Positions 34,723 through 44,399 are shown, numbered from the stretch's first letter. The stretch: 55,493 bases of DNA from Paludibacteraceae bacterium (GCA_017507715.1 JAFWAK010000091.1:1-55493), one strand, 5' to 3'. Notes: a model not told the origin generated them from the letters alone. A program made the numbers and translations.

Positions 34723-35502
34723 TTATCCCATCACCACATCGAGAACCATCATCAGTACAAATCCGATGGCAAAACCGATGGTGCTGAAGTTAGAGTGCGT
34801 GCCTGATGAAGCTTCGGGGATTAGTTCCTCTACCACCACATAGAGCATCGCACCTGCGGCAAAAGCCAACAGATACGGCATTGCCGGCAGGAAAAGGGAC
34901 GCTAATAAAATGATTAGCATTCCGCCAAGCGGTTCGACTATTCCGCTCAACGAACCGATGAGAAAGGCTTTTCCACGGCTATTACCGGCAGCGCGCATGG
35001 GCATGGAGATGATGGCTCCTTCGGGGATATTCTGTATGGCGATACCGATAGCCATCGCCAGTGCGCCCATGAGCGAGATATCCGCATGCCCTTCGGTGGC
35101 TCCGGCAATGACCACTCCGACCGCCATGCCTTCGGGCAAATTATGGATGGTGACCGCCAAAGCTAACATGGCAGTGCGCGATAGACGAGCTTTGAGACCC
35201 TCTGGATGATTGCTGCCCACATGCAGGTGCGGCGTCAGTTCGTCAATCAGCAGCAGAAAACCTATACCTAACAAAAAGCCCACCGCTGCCGGCACGACCT
35301 GCATCGCACCTTCGCCGTGAGCCATGTCGATAGCCGGGATAAGCAGCGACCAGACGGACGCGGCGACCATCACACCGGACGCAAAGCCAAGCAGCGCCTT
35401 CTGAAGACGTTCAGGCATGTCGCGCTTCATGAAGAAGACAAACGACGCGCCGAGCATCGTACCCAGCAAGGGGATAAGAAGGCCTATCAGGATGGGAGTC
35501 AT
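34723..35502 (-). CDS. zupT: ZIP-family zinc transporter ZupT
   Basis: 259 aa, polytopic. HNLPEGMAVG and QNIPEGA motifs. Confidence 0.88.
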   Translation of the reverse strand: MTPILIGLLIPLLGTMLGASFVFFMKRDMPERLQKALLGFASGVMVAASVWSLLIPAIDMAHGEGAMQVVPAAVGFLLGIGFLLLIDELTPHLHVGSNHPEGLKARLSRTAMLALAVTIHNLPEGMAVGVVIAGATEGHADISLMGALAMAIGIAIQNIPEGAIISMPMRAAGNSRGKAFLIGSLSGIVEPLGGMLIILLASLFLPAMPYLLAFAAGAMLYVVVEELIPEASSGTHSNFSTIGFAIGFVLMMVLDVVMG

Positions 35503-35504
35503 GG

Positions 35505-35957
35505 CTATTTGCTTTTGGCTTTTTGTGTCAGTCCTTCGATGAGCGCATCCAATGCCGGCATGGAGCCCATGAGACAGTTAATATCATCCATTCTGTCGGA
35601 CAGTTGTTGCAACAAACATTCCGGAATCTCTTGGGCTTTCTCTTCTAATGCCTTGCCTTGCGGAGTAAGCGATACAATGCGTTGCCTCGTGTCCTCCTTG
35701 CCACGTTTGCGGGTGACGAGTCCTTGCTTCTCCATGCGTTGGAGTAGGGGCGTGACGGTGTTCGTCTCCAGATGCAGCAGATGCGCTATATCGTTCACCG
35801 GCTGATGATCTTTCTCCCACAGCACAAGCAGCACCAGGTACTGCGGATACGTGATACCCAGCGGCTCAAAATAGGGGAAATAGGCCTGCATAACCAACCG
35901 TGCTGCCGTATAGAGACGGAAGCACAGTTGATTATCCAGTTTCAAATGCTCGTACAT
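35505..35957 (-). CDS. MarR-family transcriptional regulator
   Basis: 150 aa from ATG 35957 (MYEHLKLDNQLCFRLYTAARL...). wHTH: VNDIAHLLHLETNTVTPLLQRMEKQGLVTRKR. The 173-aa track ORF over-extends into the upstream small gene. Confidence 0.85.
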   Translation of the reverse strand: MYEHLKLDNQLCFRLYTAARLVMQAYFPYFEPLGITYPQYLVLLVLWEKDHQPVNDIAHLLHLETNTVTPLLQRMEKQGLVTRKRGKEDTRQRIVSLTPQGKALEEKAQEIPECLLQQLSDRMDDINCLMGSMPALDALIEGLTQKAKSK

Positions 35958-35961
35958 AGAG

Positions 35962-36138
35962 TTATGCAGGTTGCCATTTGCAGCGTACCGGCGAAATGAT
36001 GGCGCCTTCCTTCTTGAGGTCAGCAAATACTTTGTCCACCACTTTGCGATCTAAGCCGGTCATCTCGGCGATCTTACCGGCGTTCACGGGTGCGCCTACT
36101 TCGCGCATCGCGTTCAACACTTGTTCTTTTGCTTCCAT
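35962..36138 (-). CDS. 58-aa winged-helix DNA-binding protein (not in the ORF track, which omits ORFs under 60 aa)
   Basis: Hand translation: MEAKEQVLNAMREVGAPVNAGKIAEMTGLDRKVVDKVFADLKKEGAIISPVRCKWQPA*. It starts 2 nt after the ferritin-like stop and ends 4 nt before the marR ATG. Confidence 0.7.
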   Translation of the reverse strand: MEAKEQVLNAMREVGAPVNAGKIAEMTGLDRKVVDKVFADLKKEGAIISPVRCKWQPA

Positions 36139-36140
36139 AA

Positions 36141-36602
36141 TTACATCATTGCGATTAAGAAGTTTTCATAACCCAGTTTCTTGATGTAACCGAGATATTG
36201 CTCTTCCCAAGCCATGTGAGCCTCTTCGCCTTCGATCCATTTCTGAATCAGTTTCTGCGTGGTGTAGTCACCTTCGAAAGCCATCAACAGCTGGTTCATT
36301 TCCTCCACTGCATTGGGTTGATAATCGGACTCGATTTGCTGTTTCGGATCGTCATAGAACGGGAACTCGATGGTTTTCAGTGTCTCTTGCAGGTCTGCGG
36401 GTTTGCAGCCGAGCTCTACCAGACGGTTGAGTACTTCTTCAGCCTCGTCCCACTCTTCCTCTGCTTCCTCTTTCCACTTGTCAGCCAGTTTGTTCCAGCC
36501 GTTCAGACGGTCGTACGCTGAGAATGCGAAATGTTGCTTACTGTTACCAAACCATACGGCGCCTGCATAAGCCAGACCCTTCAATGCTTCTTCTTTTGTC
36601 AT
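36141..36602 (-). CDS. Ferritin-like (bacterioferritin-related) four-helix-bundle protein
   Basis: RLNGWNKLADKW.EEAEEEWDEAEEVLNRLVELG and WIEGEEAHMAWEE resemble Bfr helices B and D as recalled. Confidence 0.55.
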   Translation of the reverse strand: MTKEEALKGLAYAGAVWFGNSKQHFAFSAYDRLNGWNKLADKWKEEAEEEWDEAEEVLNRLVELGCKPADLQETLKTIEFPFYDDPKQQIESDYQPNAVEEMNQLLMAFEGDYTTQKLIQKWIEGEEAHMAWEEQYLGYIKKLGYENFLIAMM

Positions 36603-36805
36603 AATTATAGTGATTTATAAGGTTATTTTTTTAATTATTTACTTATTTACTTTAGTAATTGCTATGCCCGAATATTATTTATATCGTTCACGAAGCAAAA
36701 TTACAATAAATATTTTATATCGTAAGCGACTTATCTAAAAAAGTGCAAAAAATCTTCATTTTGCAAACTCTATTTTGCAATTTTGGCTTTTGGGTGTGCT
36801 GTAAC

Positions 36806-36828
36806 AAAAAAGTCCCTCTCGGACTTCG
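36806..36828 (-). terminator. Rho-independent terminator after topA-dtd
   Basis: Minus strand: AAGTCC-gagag-GGACTT followed by TTTTTTG. Confidence 0.65.
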
Positions 36829-36836
36829 TAAATGCA

Positions 36837-36860
36837 GTTTTATATATTTATATATAAAAC
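36837..36860. repeat. Perfect 24-bp palindrome GTTTTATATAT-TT-ATATATAAAAC
   Basis: Read directly. Confidence 0.85.
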
Positions 36861-36975
36861 TAAAGAATAGACACTAAAAATTAATGCATGATAAGTGCGT
36901 TATAAGTTGGTGATAAGTACGTCGTTAGTACGTGATAATGGTATGCTTCTTGGGGAGGTCTTGGACTGGTCTCCT

Positions 36976-37428
36976 TCACTTCATCTCGTCCGTATCGAGG
37001 AGGATGGTGACAGGGCCGTCATTCACGAAGTCGACCTTCATATCGGCGCCGAAACGTCCTGTCTCCACATGCAAACCGTATTGGTCGCGTAGTACGGTGT
37101 TGAAATAGTCATATAGCGGTTCGGCCGTCTCCGGTCGCGCGGCGCGAATGAACGAAGGACGATTGCCCTTGCGGCAGTCGGCATAGAGCGTGAACTGGGA
37201 GATGCTGAGGATGGCTCCGCCCACGTCGTTAAGCGCGAGATTCATCTTACCCGCCGTGTCTTCAAACACGCGTAGTTGGGCGATTTTCTTTGCCAGCAGA
37301 TCCGCTTCGGTGCGTGTATCCGTATCCGTCACACCCACCAGAAGGACGAAGCCTTGCCTGATTTGACCGGCAATAATGCCGTCTATGCGCACTTCCGCGC
37401 GGCTGCAACGCTGAACAACAATCCGCAT
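36976..37428 (-). CDS. dtd: D-aminoacyl-tRNA deacylase
   Basis: 150 aa: MRIVVQRCS..., SQFTLYAD, GRRPSF-like NRPSF, GPVTILLD. Start trimmed to ATG 37428. Confidence 0.92.
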   Translation of the reverse strand: MRIVVQRCSRAEVRIDGIIAGQIRQGFVLLVGVTDTDTRTEADLLAKKIAQLRVFEDTAGKMNLALNDVGGAILSISQFTLYADCRKGNRPSFIRAARPETAEPLYDYFNTVLRDQYGLHVETGRFGADMKVDFVNDGPVTILLDTDEMK

Positions 37429-37433
37429 GATAA

Positions 37434-39755
37434 TTATTTTGCGCTTTTGCGCTTGAAGGTGCGTTTGCCGGGTTTGAGCGGCTCCGACTGTGCGATGATT
37501 TGTCGCACGTCCGCTTCTGTCAATGCTTCCGCATCGGTGCTCTTGGGCAGGCGGTAGTTGCCTTGCGGCGTATGGATATATGCGCCGTATTTGCTGCGCA
37601 GCACCTGTATATCTTTCCACTCACGGATAGGTGTAGCGCTCTGCTGCTTCTCTTCAATCATGGCAATCGCCTCTTCCAGTTTCAGACTCATCGGGTCTTT
37701 TCCGCGCGGGATGGAGATGAAGAGTTTGTCATAATGGACGTACGGTCCGTATTTGCCTTCACCCACCGTCACCTCTTTGCCTTCATACTCGCCGAGCGAG
37801 AGCGGAAGGGAGTTACGGAAGAGTTCCAAGGCATCGTTGAGGGTGATGGAATAGATGGATTGACCTTTCTTGAGGCTGGCGAATTTCGGTTTCTCTTTGG
37901 CCGAGTCTCCAATCTGTACGCACGGACCAATCTTGCTGATTTTGGCAATCACAGGCAGTCCTGTCTCAGGGTCTTCGCCCAACAACCTACCCTCTACTTT
38001 TCCCGATGGAATCGAAGAAAGTAATGGTTTGAAGGTCTTATAGAACGCATCCACTGTCTGCACCCAGTCGGCACGTCCGACAGCAATCCTGTCGAACTGC
38101 TCCTCTTCGTTCGCCGTGAAGTCGTAACTGAGGATTTCCGGGAAGTTCTGAACCAGAAAATCATTGGTGATATATCCCAAGTCTGTCGGCAGGAATCGTT
38201 GGGTCTCTGCGCCGTACAGTTCGCTTTTCTGCTTCTCCATCACCATGCCGTTCTTGAGTGTCAGCACCGCTGTATCGCGTTTGACACCCGGCACCGAACC
38301 CTTCTCCACATATTTGACTTTCTGGATGGTCTCGATGATGGTGGCGTAAGTGGAAGGACGACCGATACCGAGTTCCTCCATGCGCTTGACGAGGGTGGCG
38401 TCATTATAGCGGAAGGGCGGTTTGGCATAGGTCTGTATCGCCTCAGCGTTCACCAGTTTGAGACGCTCGCGTTGCGCCATAGCCGGCAAGATGCGGCGCT
38501 CTTCCGCCTCTTCGTCTGTCGATTGTACATAGACGCGGGTAAAACCGTCAAACAGAATCACTTCGCCCATCGCTACAAACGCATATTTGGAGCCGTGAAC
38601 GGATACTTCGATAGTCGTCTTCTCGCTCTCAGCCTCCGCCATCTGCGAAGCGATAGTGCGCTTCCAAATCAACTCGTACAGACGCTGCTCGTCTCTCGAC
38701 GCACCTGCGTTAAGCGTACTCATATAAGTCGGACGAATGGCTTCGTGTGCCTCTTGTGCGCCCTTGGCTTTCGTATGGAACTGACGCGTGTGCACGTATT
38801 CCTTACCATATTTCTGAGCAATCACTTCTTTCGAGGTGGCCAAAGCTAGCGTGGACAGGTTGACCGAGTCGGTACGCATGTAGGTAATCAGTCCGTGCTC
38901 GTAGAGCGACTGTGCAAGACGCATCGTCTTCGATACCGTGAACTTGAGTTTGCGTGCCGCCTCTTGCTGCAGCGAAGAAGTGGTGAACGGAGGTGCCGGC
39001 ATATGTTTGGCCGGTTTGCGTTGTACATCGCGTACGATAAACTGTGCCGTGTTGAGACTCTCCAGGAACTCAATGGCGTCTTTCTTATGCGAAAAACGAT
39101 GGTTCAGTTCGCACTTGAGCACCGAGGCGTCTCCTGGATTTACTCCGATGAAATCGGCAAAAATTCGATATGCTGATGATGCGCGGAACGACTCTATCTC
39201 GCGCTCTTTTTCCACAATGAGACGTACAGCTACTGATTGCACACGACCTGCCGAAAGACCGGTCGTCACTTTCTTCCACAAGATTGGGCTCAACTCAAAA
39301 CCCACGATACGGTCCAGGACGCGACGTGCCTGTTGGGCGTTCACCAGATTATAGTCGATATCGCGCGGATGCTCGATGGCTTCCAGAATAGCCGGCTTGG
39401 TGATCTCGTGGAAAACGATACGCTTAGTGTCCTTGTCCTGCAAACCTAACACCTCTTTAAGATGCCATGCGATGGCTTCTCCTTCACGGTCCTCATCGGA
39501 TGCCAACCAGATGGTATCCGCCTTCTTCGCCTCACGCTGCAACTGCTCTATCAAATGCTCTTTCTTCGCCTCAATGGCGTAATGCGGCTGGTAACCGTGC
39601 TCAAAATCTATTCCCAACGAGTTCTTGCCCACCGGTTCGATATCGCGCACGTGACCTTGACTGCTCAGCACATGATAGTCTTTCCCGAGAAACTTACCAA
39701 TCGTGTCCGCTTTGTGCGGGGACTCAACTATAACCAGATTTTTACTCATAAACAA
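37434..39755 (-). CDS. topA: DNA topoisomerase I
   Basis: TOPRIM (LVIVESPHKA, ASDEDREGEAIAWH) and the active-site Tyr in ITYMRTDS. The alternative start is ATG 39749. Confidence 0.95.
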   Translation of the reverse strand: MFMSKNLVIVESPHKADTIGKFLGKDYHVLSSQGHVRDIEPVGKNSLGIDFEHGYQPHYAIEAKKEHLIEQLQREAKKADTIWLASDEDREGEAIAWHLKEVLGLQDKDTKRIVFHEITKPAILEAIEHPRDIDYNLVNAQQARRVLDRIVGFELSPILWKKVTTGLSAGRVQSVAVRLIVEKEREIESFRASSAYRIFADFIGVNPGDASVLKCELNHRFSHKKDAIEFLESLNTAQFIVRDVQRKPAKHMPAPPFTTSSLQQEAARKLKFTVSKTMRLAQSLYEHGLITYMRTDSVNLSTLALATSKEVIAQKYGKEYVHTRQFHTKAKGAQEAHEAIRPTYMSTLNAGASRDEQRLYELIWKRTIASQMAEAESEKTTIEVSVHGSKYAFVAMGEVILFDGFTRVYVQSTDEEAEERRILPAMAQRERLKLVNAEAIQTYAKPPFRYNDATLVKRMEELGIGRPSTYATIIETIQKVKYVEKGSVPGVKRDTAVLTLKNGMVMEKQKSELYGAETQRFLPTDLGYITNDFLVQNFPEILSYDFTANEEEQFDRIAVGRADWVQTVDAFYKTFKPLLSSIPSGKVEGRLLGEDPETGLPVIAKISKIGPCVQIGDSAKEKPKFASLKKGQSIYSITLNDALELFRNSLPLSLGEYEGKEVTVGEGKYGPYVHYDKLFISIPRGKDPMSLKLEEAIAMIEEKQQSATPIREWKDIQVLRSKYGAYIHTPQGNYRLPKSTDAEALTEADVRQIIAQSEPLKPGKRTFKRKSAK

Positions 39756-39787
39756 TATATAATAAGGTGTACCCTCAAAATTCGCCG

Positions 39788-39864
39788 CAAAAGTAGTATA
39801 TTTAATTTATTTATGCAAATTTTTTTTATTCGCTTGCATATATCAAAGATATTTTGTATCTTTG
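39788..39864. promoter_or_regulatory. Back-to-back divergent promoters (topA minus, nfeD plus)
   Basis: Minus TActTTTG is at 39788-95. Plus is cTTGCATATATCAAAGATATTTTGTATCTTTG, with its -7 box at 39857-64. Confidence 0.5.
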
Positions 39865-39912
39865 CAGCCGAATTGAAAAAAATAGTTGTAAAATTTTTAG
39901 CGAAATATTTGC

Positions 39913-40317
39913 ATGAACGTTTTTTTAGTCGTATTATTAGTGCTCGCGGGCGTCGCGTTATTATTAATGGAGATGTTCCTCTTGCCGGGTTTCGGCATAG
40001 CGGGTATAGGTGGGTTCGCTTGTTTGATAGCGGCTGTAGTGTTGGCATGGCTCTGGTTGGGTCACATGGCGGGATATATCACGCTTGCGGCCTGTCTCGT
40101 GCTGTCCGGTCTGGCCATCTGGGGATTCCTGCGCAGCAAGGCGCTTGACAAGATGGCGCTGGACTCGAAGATTGACAGCCATGTAGAGTTGGCAAACAAC
40201 AAACTGGCCAAAGACGAAAAGGCAGAGCAGAAAGCTCCGAAAGAACCGAAAACCACGAAGGCTCCGAAAGCCCCGAAGGCTCCGAAAGCCCCGAAGGCCC
40301 AAAGCAAAAAATCTTAA
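39913..40317 (+). CDS. NfeD-like membrane protein with a Lys/Ala/Pro-repeat tail
   Basis: Two or three TM helices with LPGFGIAGIGG, upstream of floA. The tail is KAPKEPKTTKAPKAPKAPKAPKA. Confidence 0.7.
   Translation: MNVFLVVLLVLAGVALLLMEMFLLPGFGIAGIGGFACLIAAVVLAWLWLGHMAGYITLAACLVLSGLAIWGFLRSKALDKMALDSKIDSHVELANNKLAKDEKAEQKAPKEPKTTKAPKAPKAPKAPKAQSKKS
40234..40299 (+). repeat. Tandem 18-nt (GCTCCGAAAGCCCCGAAG) repeat encoding (KAP)n
   Basis: Two exact 18-nt units at 40261-40296, preceded by a degenerate copy. Confidence 0.85.
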
Positions 40318-40337
40318 ATTTGCAATCATAAATCATC
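40310..40337 (+). repeat. Heptamer array AATCTTA AATTTGC AATCATA AATCATC in the nfeD-floA spacer
   Basis: Read directly. It begins within the nfeD stop codon. Confidence 0.85.
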
Positions 40338-40346
40338 TATAGTCTT

Positions 40347-41321
40347 ATGGAAGTCTTAAACATCGTTTTGATTACACTCATCGCCATTGCGCTGTGTATT
40401 TTCTTCTATTATGTGCCCTTTATGCTGTGGATCAACGCCGCCGTAAGTGGTGTACATATCAGTCTGGTACAACTCTTCCTGATGCGTATCCGTAAGGTGC
40501 CTCCCACGAAGATTGTGAACTGTATGATCGAGGCGCACAAGGCCGGTCTGATGGAGGTCAAGCGTGACGGTCTGGAGGCGCACTACCTCGCTGGTGGTCA
40601 TATTGAGCGCGTGGTACACGCTCTTGTTTCGGCCAGCAAAGCCGGTATCGACCTCTCCTTCCAGATGGCTACGGCTATTGACCTTGCCGGTCGTGATGTA
40701 TTCGAGGCCGTACAGATGAGTGTCAACCCGCGCGTCATTGATACTCCGCCGGTAGCTGCAGTGGCTAAAGACGGTATCCAGCTGATTGCCAAAGCGCGTG
40801 TCACCGTTCGTGCTAACATACGTCAACTCGTCGGAGGTGCCGGAGAAGATACGATTCTTGCCCGTGTAGGTGAAGGTATCGTCAGTTCCATCGGTAGCGC
40901 TGAGAGTCATAAGCAAGTGCTCGAAAACCCCGATTCCATCAGTAAATTGGTGCTGTCCAAAGGTCTGGATGACGGTACGGCATTCGAGATTCTCTCGATT
41001 GACATCGCGGATATCGATGTAGGTAAGAATATCGGTGCGCAACTGCAGATGGACCAGGCGGAAGCCGATAAGAATATCGCACAGGCAAAGGCTGAAGAGC
41101 GCCGTGCCATGGCTATCGCCAGTGAGCAAGAGATGAAGGCCAAGGCACAGGAAGCCCGTGCAAAAGTGATTGAGGCGGAGGCACTTGTACCGCAAGCTAT
41201 GGCGGAAGCGTTCCGTAATGGCAACCTCGGCATCATGTATTACTATCGCATGCAGAATATCCAAGCCGATACGACCATGCGTGAGCAGATCGTTGGGGGA
41301 GAGAAGAAAACTAAAAAGTGA
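40347..41321 (+). CDS. floA: Flotillin-like protein FloA (UPF0365/YqfA)
   Basis: Near full-length match to my memory of B. subtilis FloA (HYLAGG...[71 protein letters not shown]). Confidence 0.93.
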   Translation: MEVLNIVLITLIAIALCIFFYYVPFMLWINAAVSGVHISLVQLFLMRIRKVPPTKIVNCMIEAHKAGLMEVKRDGLEAHYLAGGHIERVVHALVSASKAGIDLSFQMATAIDLAGRDVFEAVQMSVNPRVIDTPPVAAVAKDGIQLIAKARVTVRANIRQLVGGAGEDTILARVGEGIVSSIGSAESHKQVLENPDSISKLVLSKGLDDGTAFEILSIDIADIDVGKNIGAQLQMDQAEADKNIAQAKAEERRAMAIASEQEMKAKAQEARAKVIEAEALVPQAMAEAFRNGNLGIMYYYRMQNIQADTTMREQIVGGEKKTKK

Positions 41322-42094
41322 AAATAGCGCTTCTTCAATATCCTATTGAGTGGGCTAATCCGCAAGCGAACATAGGCTTGTTGGATAAACGCTTACGGGC
41401 GATAGCGGGCCAGGCCGAGATGGCAGTCGTGCCGGAGATGTTCAGCACGGGTTTCTGTACCGACCGTCCCGACTTGGCGGAACCATGGGGCGGACCTACT
41501 TGTCAAGCCTTGCAGCAGATGGCTGACAGTTACGACTTGGCCATCGTAGGCAGTCTCATCGTCTGCGAAGCGGATAAGTTATATAACCGCGGGTTTATGT
41601 TCATCCCGCATGGCGCACCGCAGTACTACGACAAGCATCATCTGTATCGTAGCGGCGGCGAAGCAGAGTATATCACGCCCGGTAATGCCCGTCCGGTCTT
41701 TGAATACCGTGGAGTCAAGATACGCCTGGCTGTATGCTATGACCTGCGTTTTCCGGTATGGCTCAGGCAGGATAAGAACAACATGTATGACATCCTCATC
41801 GTGGTGGCCTGCTGGCCGACGATACGTATCCAGTACTGGGATGTACTGTTGCCGGCACGCGCTGCGGAGAATCATGCATACGCTATAGGCGTCAACATGG
41901 TCGGAACGGATGGCATGCAACTCGATTATAACGGTCATTCGGTAGCCTATGACACATGGCTCAAAGATGTAGCCGGATTTGAAGATTATGAGCAAGGTAC
42001 CCGTATTGTGGACCTGTCCATAGAGAAACTGAGATATTTCCGTGAGGTATTACCTCAATGGCAAGAAGCTGATGGATATCAATTGGCATATTAA
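41318..42094 (+). CDS. Carbon-nitrogen hydrolase, omega-amidase YafV-like
   Basis: GTG start overlapping the floA stop. PEMF.TGF, YDK.HL., CYDLRFPVW and WP..R..W..LL.ARA.EN match E. coli YafV as recalled. Confidence 0.85.
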   Translation: MKIALLQYPIEWANPQANIGLLDKRLRAIAGQAEMAVVPEMFSTGFCTDRPDLAEPWGGPTCQALQQMADSYDLAIVGSLIVCEADKLYNRGFMFIPHGAPQYYDKHHLYRSGGEAEYITPGNARPVFEYRGVKIRLAVCYDLRFPVWLRQDKNNMYDILIVVACWPTIRIQYWDVLLPARAAENHAYAIGVNMVGTDGMQLDYNGHSVAYDTWLKDVAGFEDYEQGTRIVDLSIEKLRYFREVLPQWQEADGYQLAY

Positions 42095-43784
42095 ACAACT
42101 GAAGGCGGAAGAGAGTGCTGCTGCAGAGCGACTCAGTCATGACCTGGATATCAGTCCTGTAGCGGGCCGTATCCTGGCCGGTCGCGGATTGCGTACAGCC
42201 GCTGAAGCGAGGGCGTATATACGTCCGTCATTGGATAGTCTGCACGATCCTTTCCTCATGCGGGATATGGGTGCTGCCGTGGACCGTCTCAGTCAGGCTA
42301 TTGATAACCACGAGCGCATCATGGTCTATGGCGACTATGACGTTGACGGCACAACCGCCGTGGCGCTTATGTATTCTTTCCTGCGCACGCAAACCGATAA
42401 TATCATCTATTATATCCCGGACCGCTATACCGAAGGTTACGGTATCTCCACTAAAGGTATTGATACGGCCAAGGAAAAAGGCTGTTCCCTTGTCATCGCT
42501 CTCGACTGCGGTATCAAAGCTGTGGATAAGATGGAATATGCCAATCGTATCGGAGTGGACTTCATCATCTGCGACCATCATACGCCCGGAGACGTCACGC
42601 CGAAAGCGGTGGCAGTGCTTAACATGAAGCGGGCTGACTGTCTCTATCCGTTCAAGGAACTCAGTGGATGCGGTGTGGGTTTCAAACTGGTACAGGCCTA
42701 TGCCCAGCGTCGCGGATTGGATATGCAGGAGGTATATCGTCTGCTGCCGCTGCTCGCCATGTCAATTGCCAGCGATATAGTGCCGGTCACGGGCGAGAAC
42801 CGTATCCTCGCTTTCTATGGCCTGCGCGCTCTCAATGCTTTCCCGTCCGTCGGTCTGCAGGCAATCATGCAGGTGGCGGGTATCGAAGGCAAGACCATCA
42901 CCATCAGTGACCTCGTCTATAAGATAGGTCCGCGTATCAATGCTGCCGGGCGTATCAAGAGTGGTGCCGAAGCGGTGCGACTGCTCATTACTGACGATGC
43001 GGAAGATGCCATGCAGTTCGCGCGGGACATCGATTCCTATAACCAGGACCGCCGCGATTTTGACTCCAAGACCACTGATGAAGCCTTGGAGCAACTGCAG
43101 AGAGATCCGATGAATGCGAGCCGGTTTACGACAGTCGTCTATTCACCTGACTGGCATAAAGGCGTAGTGGGTATCGCTGCCAGCCGACTGACGGAGACGT
43201 ATTACCGTCCCACCATTGTGCTTACTGCCGGAGATGATGATATCATCAGTGGTAGTGCCCGTTCGGTAAGTGACTTCGATATATATGCCGCTATTGATAC
43301 TTGTCGTGACCTGCTTACCAACTTCGGTGGGCATAAGTTTGCCGCCGGTCTGAGTATGCATAAGGCCGACCTGCCGGAGTTCAAACGGCGTTTCGAGGAA
43401 TATGTAGCGGCGCATATCACACCCGAACAGCAGAAGCCGACACTCGATGTCGAAGCCGAAGTGGAACTGAGTGATATGGACTGGAAGATGTACAAGATTC
43501 TCCAATGCCTCGAGCCTTTCGGCCCGGGTAACGAGCGTCCGCTTTTCCTATGCCGTCATCTAATCAACAACCGGAATACGCGTGCCGTGAGTGACGGACG
43601 TCATCTCCATTTGGACCTCACGGACCAAGTGGTTGCTATGGACGGTATCGCTTTCGGACAAGGTGACAAAGCCATCCATCTTCAGAACGGCAAATCCATT
43701 GATGTGTGCTTCTATCTCGAGGAGAACACCTATCGCGGGCGAACCACCCTCCAAATGAATGCACAGGATATCAAACTGAACTGA
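42072..43784 (+). CDS. recJ: Single-stranded-DNA-specific exonuclease RecJ
   Basis: DHH motifs (VYGDYDVDGTT, ALDCG, ICDHH) and DHHA1 GGHKFAAG. ATG 42072 is preferred over 42042. Confidence 0.92.
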   Translation: MDINWHIKQLKAEESAAAERLSHDLDISPVAGRILAGRGLRTAAEARAYIRPSLDSLHDPFLMRDMGAAVDRLSQAIDNHERIMVYGDYDVDGTTAVALMYSFLRTQTDNIIYYIPDRYTEGYGISTKGIDTAKEKGCSLVIALDCGIKAVDKMEYANRIGVDFIICDHHTPGDVTPKAVAVLNMKRADCLYPFKELSGCGVGFKLVQAYAQRRGLDMQEVYRLLPLLAMSIASDIVPVTGENRILAFYGLRALNAFPSVGLQAIMQVAGIEGKTITISDLVYKIGPRINAAGRIKSGAEAVRLLITDDAEDAMQFARDIDSYNQDRRDFDSKTTDEALEQLQRDPMNASRFTTVVYSPDWHKGVVGIAASRLTETYYRPTIVLTAGDDDIISGSARSVSDFDIYAAIDTCRDLLTNFGGHKFAAGLSMHKADLPEFKRRFEEYVAAHITPEQQKPTLDVEAEVELSDMDWKMYKILQCLEPFGPGNERPLFLCRHLINNRNTRAVSDGRHLHLDLTDQVVAMDGIAFGQGDKAIHLQNGKSIDVCFYLEENTYRGRTTLQMNAQDIKLN

Positions 43785-43805
43785 AATCATAAATCATCAA
43801 TAACA
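43785..43805 (+). repeat. Heptamer run AATCATA AATCATC AATAACA in the recJ-tdk spacer
   Basis: Read directly, starting at the base after the recJ TGA. Confidence 0.8.
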
Positions 43806-43808
43806 CTC

Positions 43809-44399
43809 ATGTTTTCTGAAAGAGACACCAAAGGCCCGTCCTTGCGCAAGGGTTCGATTGAAGTAGTATGCGGTTCGATGTTCTCGGGCAAGACCGAAGA
43901 ACTCATCCGCCGTATGAAACGTGCGAAATTCGCTAAGTTGCGGGTAGAGATCTACAAGCCCGCTATCGATGTGCGTTATAGCGAAGAAGATGTGGTCAGC
44001 CATGACCGTAATGTCATCCAGTCCACACCGGTGGATAGCAGTCAGAATATCCTGCTGATGGTCGATGATATCGACGTGGTGGGTATCGACGAAGCGCAGT
44101 TCTTCGATATGGGTATAGTGGATGTATGCAAGCAACTGGCGGACCGCGGTATACGTGTCATCTGCGCAGGTCTGGATATGGACTTCAGAGGTGTACCTTT
44201 CGGTCCGATGCCGGCCCTCATGGCTATTGCCGATGATGTCTATAAGACTCATGCTATCTGCGTCAACTGCGGTGATCTGGCGTACGTAAGCCATCGTCTC
44301 GTGGCTTCCGATAAACGTGTCTTGCTCGGTGAGACCGATAGTTACGAGCCGCTCTGTCGTGAGTGCTATAACAAAGCCATAGTCGCTGAGAACTGTTGA
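43809..44399 (+). CDS. tdk: Thymidine kinase
   Basis: P-loop [21 protein letters not shown] and a C-terminal Zn-ribbon (C..C...C..C). Confidence 0.93.
   Translation: MFSERDTKGPSLRKGSIEVVCGSMFSGKTEELIRRMKRAKFAKLRVEIYKPAIDVRYSEEDVVSHDRNVIQSTPVDSSQNILLMVDDIDVVGIDEAQFFDMGIVDVCKQLADRGIRVICAGLDMDFRGVPFGPMPALMAIADDVYKTHAICVNCGDLAYVSHRLVASDKRVLLGETDSYEPLCRECYNKAIVAENC

Noticed and set aside
36603-36670. Possible additional heptamer array upstream of the ferritin-like gene (TTATTTACTTATTTACTTTAG...).
   Set aside because: The period is ~8 nt and irregular, so it does not fit the strict 7-nt phasing of the other loci.
39462-40148. Track ORF of 228 aa (plus strand) spanning the topA 5' end, the intergenic promoters and the nfeD 5' end.
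   Set aside because: It runs through two promoters and overlaps two well-supported genes in other frames or strands, and it has no motifs.
40356-41264. Long antisense ORFs: 302 aa opposite floA, 321 aa opposite priA (45118..46083), 344 aa opposite the CoA-transferase (51263..52297), 288 aa opposite the aminotransferase (49969..50835), 207 aa opposite tdk (43797..44420) and 208 aa opposite mreC (3600..4226).
   Set aside because: Each lies fully inside a gene whose sense strand has unmistakable family motifs. The antisense translations are low-complexity and rich in Arg, His and Thr with no recognisable motif. This is typical of open shadow frames in RNY-biased coding DNA.
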